A model generated the notes under the pieces. That model was not told the origin of the DNA. It searched no databases and saw only the letters and a program-made list of their open reading frames with translations. This document shows, piece by piece, positions 60,495 through 64,000 of a stretch of DNA of 64,000 nt. The stretch is from Candidatus Latescibacterota bacterium (lineage in GTDB: Bacteria > Latescibacterota > CBDEFO01), in NCBI GenBank assembly GCA_965248755.1, contig OZ252149.1, positions 2,066,295 through 2,130,294 of the forward strand, in the 5' to 3' direction. Position numbers and translations under genes: made by a program. The stretch's first letter is position 1, and every line of letters starts with the position of its first letter.

Positions 60495-62765
60495 ATGGCT
60501 ATGGAGATTCTCTTGATGGTGATGGTGATTCTGGGTCTGGCCCGAATTTCTGCCGCCGACAATGACGGGAACTTGCTTGTGAACAGCGATTTCAGCCAGG
60601 GCAATCCGAGCGAGGAGAGTTTCGGCTGGACGGTGGAGCTGGCTGAGGGAGAGAAGAACGAGTGCACCGTGGTAGAAGGGCACCAGCCGGAAACTTACGC
60701 AGTACGTATTTACAATGACGAAAGGAGTTCATCGGGCATCAGTCAGAATGTGGCTGTTAGACCCTGGCGCTGGTATGTGGCCGAGGTGTGGGTTAAGAGC
60801 GACGGGATGTATCCTTCCGTAGTTGGCTTCTCTTTAAAAGGTGGCCGTAAGAATGGCGTGTGGCGGTACAAAATGGATCTTTATCACAGGCCGAAATCAG
60901 GATGGCGCATGATACGGGTGTACGATCACTCGGGGGACAGTGAGCGGCTGACACTATGGATAGGCGGTGATGCCTGGAGCGGCGAGCTGCTCTTAAGCGA
61001 ACCCGTCGTCCGTGAGTGCAGCCAGGTGGAAGCGCTCTCGTACCACCCCAAACCAGCTGACCGCCATCCAGCATATGGCGGTCCTCCCATCGATCCTGAG
61101 AAGGGACTGCCCGGGTATGCCTTCCTGCGAGCGGACGTCCGCCGGGTAGCTCGTGACTTCCCGAATGCGTTGCGGATCTCGATGGACATCCCGGACCCTG
61201 AGGACTCTGAGGGGAGGGTCGCGTTGTGGCTGCCGGCGGGCATTCGCTTCCTTAAACTGCGACCTCATGGCGGAGGGAAGAGACCCCCAAAAGTGACAGA
61301 TCTATCGGGCGGCACAGATGCCCGGGGCGGCATGTACCTCGAGCTGCATACGGGCCCTGGCGAGAGCAACCTGCTGATCGAATCCGACCTGGAGCCGGGC
61401 GAGCGGGCAACGGGGTACGTCTATTACGAGTGGAACGGCGGCTTTCAGCTTCCCAGGCCGGTTGCATTTGAAGGGGTAGAACTGCCGAAGGTCACTGCGC
61501 CGAGGCGAATCGTCACTGCACTTGATGTCTACGGTGCTGCTTACCTGAATTGGGAGAACTTCAAACCTGGCCTGGACGGGCGGGAGGCTATGGTCCGGGA
61601 CATGAAACGTTTGGGCTTCAACCGGTTACAACTATGGGGTGGGGATCCTCGACCCTACGCCAGCATGGGCCTGCAGGGCGCCACCTCCTACGGAGGGAGC
61701 TTTTCCGTGGATGCGGAAAAATACCCTGAGTCGGTCGCTGTCGCATTGAATGGAGAACGTACGAAGGTGATGTGCCCGTCATATCGGGGTCCGGGTTTTA
61801 AGACTAACCCATGGCTGGAGCGCTTGAGAGACACTGCTGCGATCACTTCGGCGGTGAATCTGGACGACGAGGTTTACCTGATGTCCGGCGTTGGCCCGGT
61901 CATCTGTTTCGACGACCGTTGTATTAAACGTTGGAAAGAGTGGGTGAGCGAGCACAAGCCTGGCCTGGCCGGTATTACCCCCAGGGAGTTCTTCAAGCGG
62001 GCGCACAACTATCCGGAGCACTACGAGGCATGGTTGAGATTTCGCTGTGATCTGGTGGCCGAGCGGTTTGGCATACTGCGGCAGGTGTTCCATGAAGCGG
62101 TCAAGAAATCCGGTGTGAAGACGACGCCCGAGCCAGAGTTGGGGGCGTTCACAGGCGAGGAGATGTTGATGGGTCTGTCTTCAATTGAGGCCTTGAGCGG
62201 GGCTCTGGATTTTATTTCACCCATGATCTATCTGAATGGGGACGGTGTGCGCAAAGAAGTTGCCAAGATTGCACCAATTAGCGGCGGGAAGCTAGTGGTC
62301 TGCCTGGCACCGGGATATGGCAATAGTCCGCCCGGTGACGCCAGGTCGCAGGTACTTGAAACCGTGATGGGTGGTGCAAGGGGCTTTGTCGCCTGGAACT
62401 ATGACATCGGCCCGATGACTACCGGTCACCTGGCGGATATGTCCGAGGCGATCAAGATGTTTTCCCCCGTTGAGGACATCATTCTAGACGGCGAGCTTCA
62501 GCCTGGATACGCCGCTGACACTGAATCAGCGAATCTGCTGGCAAGGAAACAGGGAGACGAAACTGTCTTACTTGTCTCGGACTACACACCTGGAGGTGCG
62601 CGGGCTAAGGTAACGGTACCGGGGCAGGCCAGTCTGGAGGTGGTCGATCTTTTCACCGATGAGGTGGTGGCTCGTTTGGATACGAGAAAACGGACTTTTG
62701 AAGTCAAACTCAGACGTGACTTTCAAGCACGTCTCTACCACCTGCGGCCGGCAGGTAGCTCATAG
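60495..62765 (+). CDS. CBM4_9-like secreted protein, paralog 2
   Basis: Collinear with 55231..57372 (NLLVNSDFSQGNPSEESFGW...RPWRWYVAEVWVKSDGM...SPPGDARSQVLE...KMFSPVEDIILDG). Confidence 0.6.
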   Translation: MAMEILLMVMVILGLARISAADNDGNLLVNSDFSQGNPSEESFGWTVELAEGEKNECTVVEGHQPETYAVRIYNDERSSSGISQNVAVRPWRWYVAEVWVKSDGMYPSVVGFSLKGGRKNGVWRYKMDLYHRPKSGWRMIRVYDHSGDSERLTLWIGGDAWSGELLLSEPVVRECSQVEALSYHPKPADRHPAYGGPPIDPEKGLPGYAFLRADVRRVARDFPNALRISMDIPDPEDSEGRVALWLPAGIRFLKLRPHGGGKRPPKVTDLSGGTDARGGMYLELHTGPGESNLLIESDLEPGERATGYVYYEWNGGFQLPRPVAFEGVELPKVTAPRRIVTALDVYGAAYLNWENFKPGLDGREAMVRDMKRLGFNRLQLWGGDPRPYASMGLQGATSYGGSFSVDAEKYPESVAVALNGERTKVMCPSYRGPGFKTNPWLERLRDTAAITSAVNLDDEVYLMSGVGPVICFDDRCIKRWKEWVSEHKPGLAGITPREFFKRAHNYPEHYEAWLRFRCDLVAERFGILRQVFHEAVKKSGVKTTPEPELGAFTGEEMLMGLSSIEALSGALDFISPMIYLNGDGVRKEVAKIAPISGGKLVVCLAPGYGNSPPGDARSQVLETVMGGARGFVAWNYDIGPMTTGHLADMSEAIKMFSPVEDIILDGELQPGYAADTESANLLARKQGDETVLLVSDYTPGGARAKVTVPGQASLEVVDLFTDEVVARLDTRKRTFEVKLRRDFQARLYHLRPAGSS

Positions 62766-62789
62766 CACTTTTTTGGAGGTTAGCCCATG

Positions 62790-62960
62790 GCCAAACCTTT
62801 CCGAAACCGAACACGTCAGAGCATCCGGATGGAAAGATCCTCAGCCGTGACGGGGGAGTTTATGACGTGCGCCCGGACGCCAACAGCCTCTGCTAGAATC
62901 TGATCGAAGTAAGCGCCAAGCACGGTGTTAAGATCACGTGGGCAGGGATCTCGGCGCGAC
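62790..62960 (+). pseudogene. second degraded 3-prime fragment of the GH-like gene
   Basis: EHVRASGWKDPQP...KITWAGISAR-like remnant ending GATCACGTGGGCAGGGATCTCGGCGCGACAG. Confidence 0.4.
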
Positions 62961-63145
62961 AGGTGTGCCTGTCCCCGAATGACTTTATCGGGGATTGCTT
63001 CCGCCGGGAAGCGTCGATTGGCGGCCGATCTCTGCTATGGTCTCAGTTGTTGGTACTGGGCTTGTCCAAAGTCCTGTCCCCGAATGACTTTATCGGGGGA
63101 TGGATTTTCAAATGTAACCGGCATTCACACAGGAAGAAAGAGGAG

Positions 63146-64000
63146 ATGACTATGAAGAGTGTCTGGGCGGTGATGTTGATTCTGGGCCTGTCCCCGAATG
63201 ACTCTATCGGAGATCTGGCCTCTGCTGCTGCCGCCAACAATCACGGGAACCTGCTTGTAAACAGCGATTTCAGCCAGGGCAAACCGAGCCAGGAGAGTTT
63301 CGTCTGGAGAGTGGAGCTGGCTGAGGGAGAGAAGAACGAGTGCTCCGTTGTAGAAGGGCCTCGCCCGGGAACTAGCGCCGTACGCATTTACAATGACGAA
63401 CGGAGTTCATCGGGCATCGACCAAAAGTTCGCTGTTCGGCCCTGGCGGTGGTATGTGGCCGAGGTGTGGGTTAAGAGCGACGGAATGTATCCGTCCGTTG
63501 TTGGCATGTCTTTGCAAGGTGGCCGTAAGAGTGGTGGGTGGCGGTACTTCATGGATTTGTATCACAGGCCGAAATCCGGATGGCGGATGATACGGGCGTA
63601 TGATCACTCGGGGGACAGTGAGCAGCTGACATTATCGATAGGCGGTGGTGACTGGAGCGGCGAGCTGCTCTTAAGCGAACCGGTTGTACATGAAATAAGC
63701 CTAGTAGAAGCTGTTGGCTACCACCGGTTGCCGGGATACCATCGTAACCCGGCACGGTACGGTCCTTCCTCGGACCCTGCGAAGGGACAGTATGGGTACG
63801 CCCACCAGGAAGGTGATGTCAGCCGGGTAGCCCGCAACTTCCCGAACCCGTTCTATATCAGTGGCCGTATGGACGCCAATGCGCCTGAGGGGAGGATCTC
63901 GTTGTGGCTGCCGGCGGGCATTCGCTTCCTTAAGCTTCGACCTCATGGCGGAGGGAAGAGGCCCCCAAAGGTGACAGATCTATCGGGCGGTGTGGATGCC
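63146..64000 (+). CDS. CBM4_9-like secreted protein, paralog 3 (partial, runs off the window end). A hairpin repeat is inserted in-frame in the signal peptide.
   Basis: MTMKSVWAVMLILGLSPNDSIGDLASAAAANNHGNLLVNSDFSQG..RPWRWYVAEVWVKSDGM. The insert CCCCGAATGACTCTATCGG sits at 63192..63210. Confidence 0.6.
   Translation, partial: MTMKSVWAVMLILGLSPNDSIGDLASAAAANNHGNLLVNSDFSQGKPSQESFVWRVELAEGEKNECSVVEGPRPGTSAVRIYNDERSSSGIDQKFAVRPWRWYVAEVWVKSDGMYPSVVGMSLQGGRKSGGWRYFMDLYHRPKSGWRMIRAYDHSGDSEQLTLSIGGGDWSGELLLSEPVVHEISLVEAVGYHRLPGYHRNPARYGPSSDPAKGQYGYAHQEGDVSRVARNFPNPFYISGRMDANAPEGRISLWLPAGIRFLKLRPHGGGKRPPKVTDLSGGVDA

Overview
This 64 kb window looks like bacterial chromosome from an uncultivated, probably FCB-group organism. 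The basis for that guess is T9SS type A and type B C-terminal sorting domains, dockerin repeats, PKD/FG-GAP surface proteins, and about 50% GC. I worked by eye from the sequence and the ORF track; no searches were run.

Most of the window is ordinary housekeeping or accessory coding sequence:
- 1-13 kb: era, purQ, a sigma-54 NtrC-type two-component pair, an SDR reductase, RecD2, an AlbA_2 protein and queG.
- 21-27 kb: tRNA-Thr, cysS, DedA, DoxX and ispDF.
- 28-37 kb: an Rrf2 regulator beside an O-methyltransferase / hydantoinase A-methyltransferase fusion / hydantoinase B operon, then an isocitrate/isopropylmalate dehydrogenase family gene and a family-4 UDG.
- 39-48 kb: a Complex I gene cluster with membrane-arm subunits only (nuoA-H-J-K-L-M-N). 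An ankyrin-repeat gene sits between nuoK and nuoL, and the cluster is bracketed by IS481-family and IS1595-family transposase remnants and tRNA-Phe.
- 49-50 kb: a fatty acid desaturase.
- 50-64 kb: segmentally duplicated secreted-protein genes. These are two tandem T9SS type-B substrates, three CBM4_9-like paralogs, and a TIM-barrel glycoside-hydrolase-like gene with two 3-prime fragments.

The feature I consider most novel is a modular family of small dispersed repeats. Its core is a 21-bp hairpin, CCCCGATAGATTCAATCGGGG, with variants such as CCCCGAATGACTYTATCGGGG. It is usually combined with modules such as GAGATTGCTTCGGGGTGAACC...CTCGCAATGAC, GTAGGGGCGAGGTTCGCTCGCCCC and GGAGGCGGTGCCCTGTCTAC(TGTCTAC)n. 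I count roughly 18-20 copies in both orientations. Most are intergenic, but several lie in-frame inside coding sequence: in signal peptides, and at the hyuA-methyltransferase junction. Two inverted copies bound a 1.47 kb element that carries a phage replisome-organizer-like gene.

The window also has an unusually high number of disrupted genes. In-frame TAA, TAG and TGA stops each occur once, and several frameshifts sit at homopolymer runs. This points to either sequencing error or extensive pseudogenisation.
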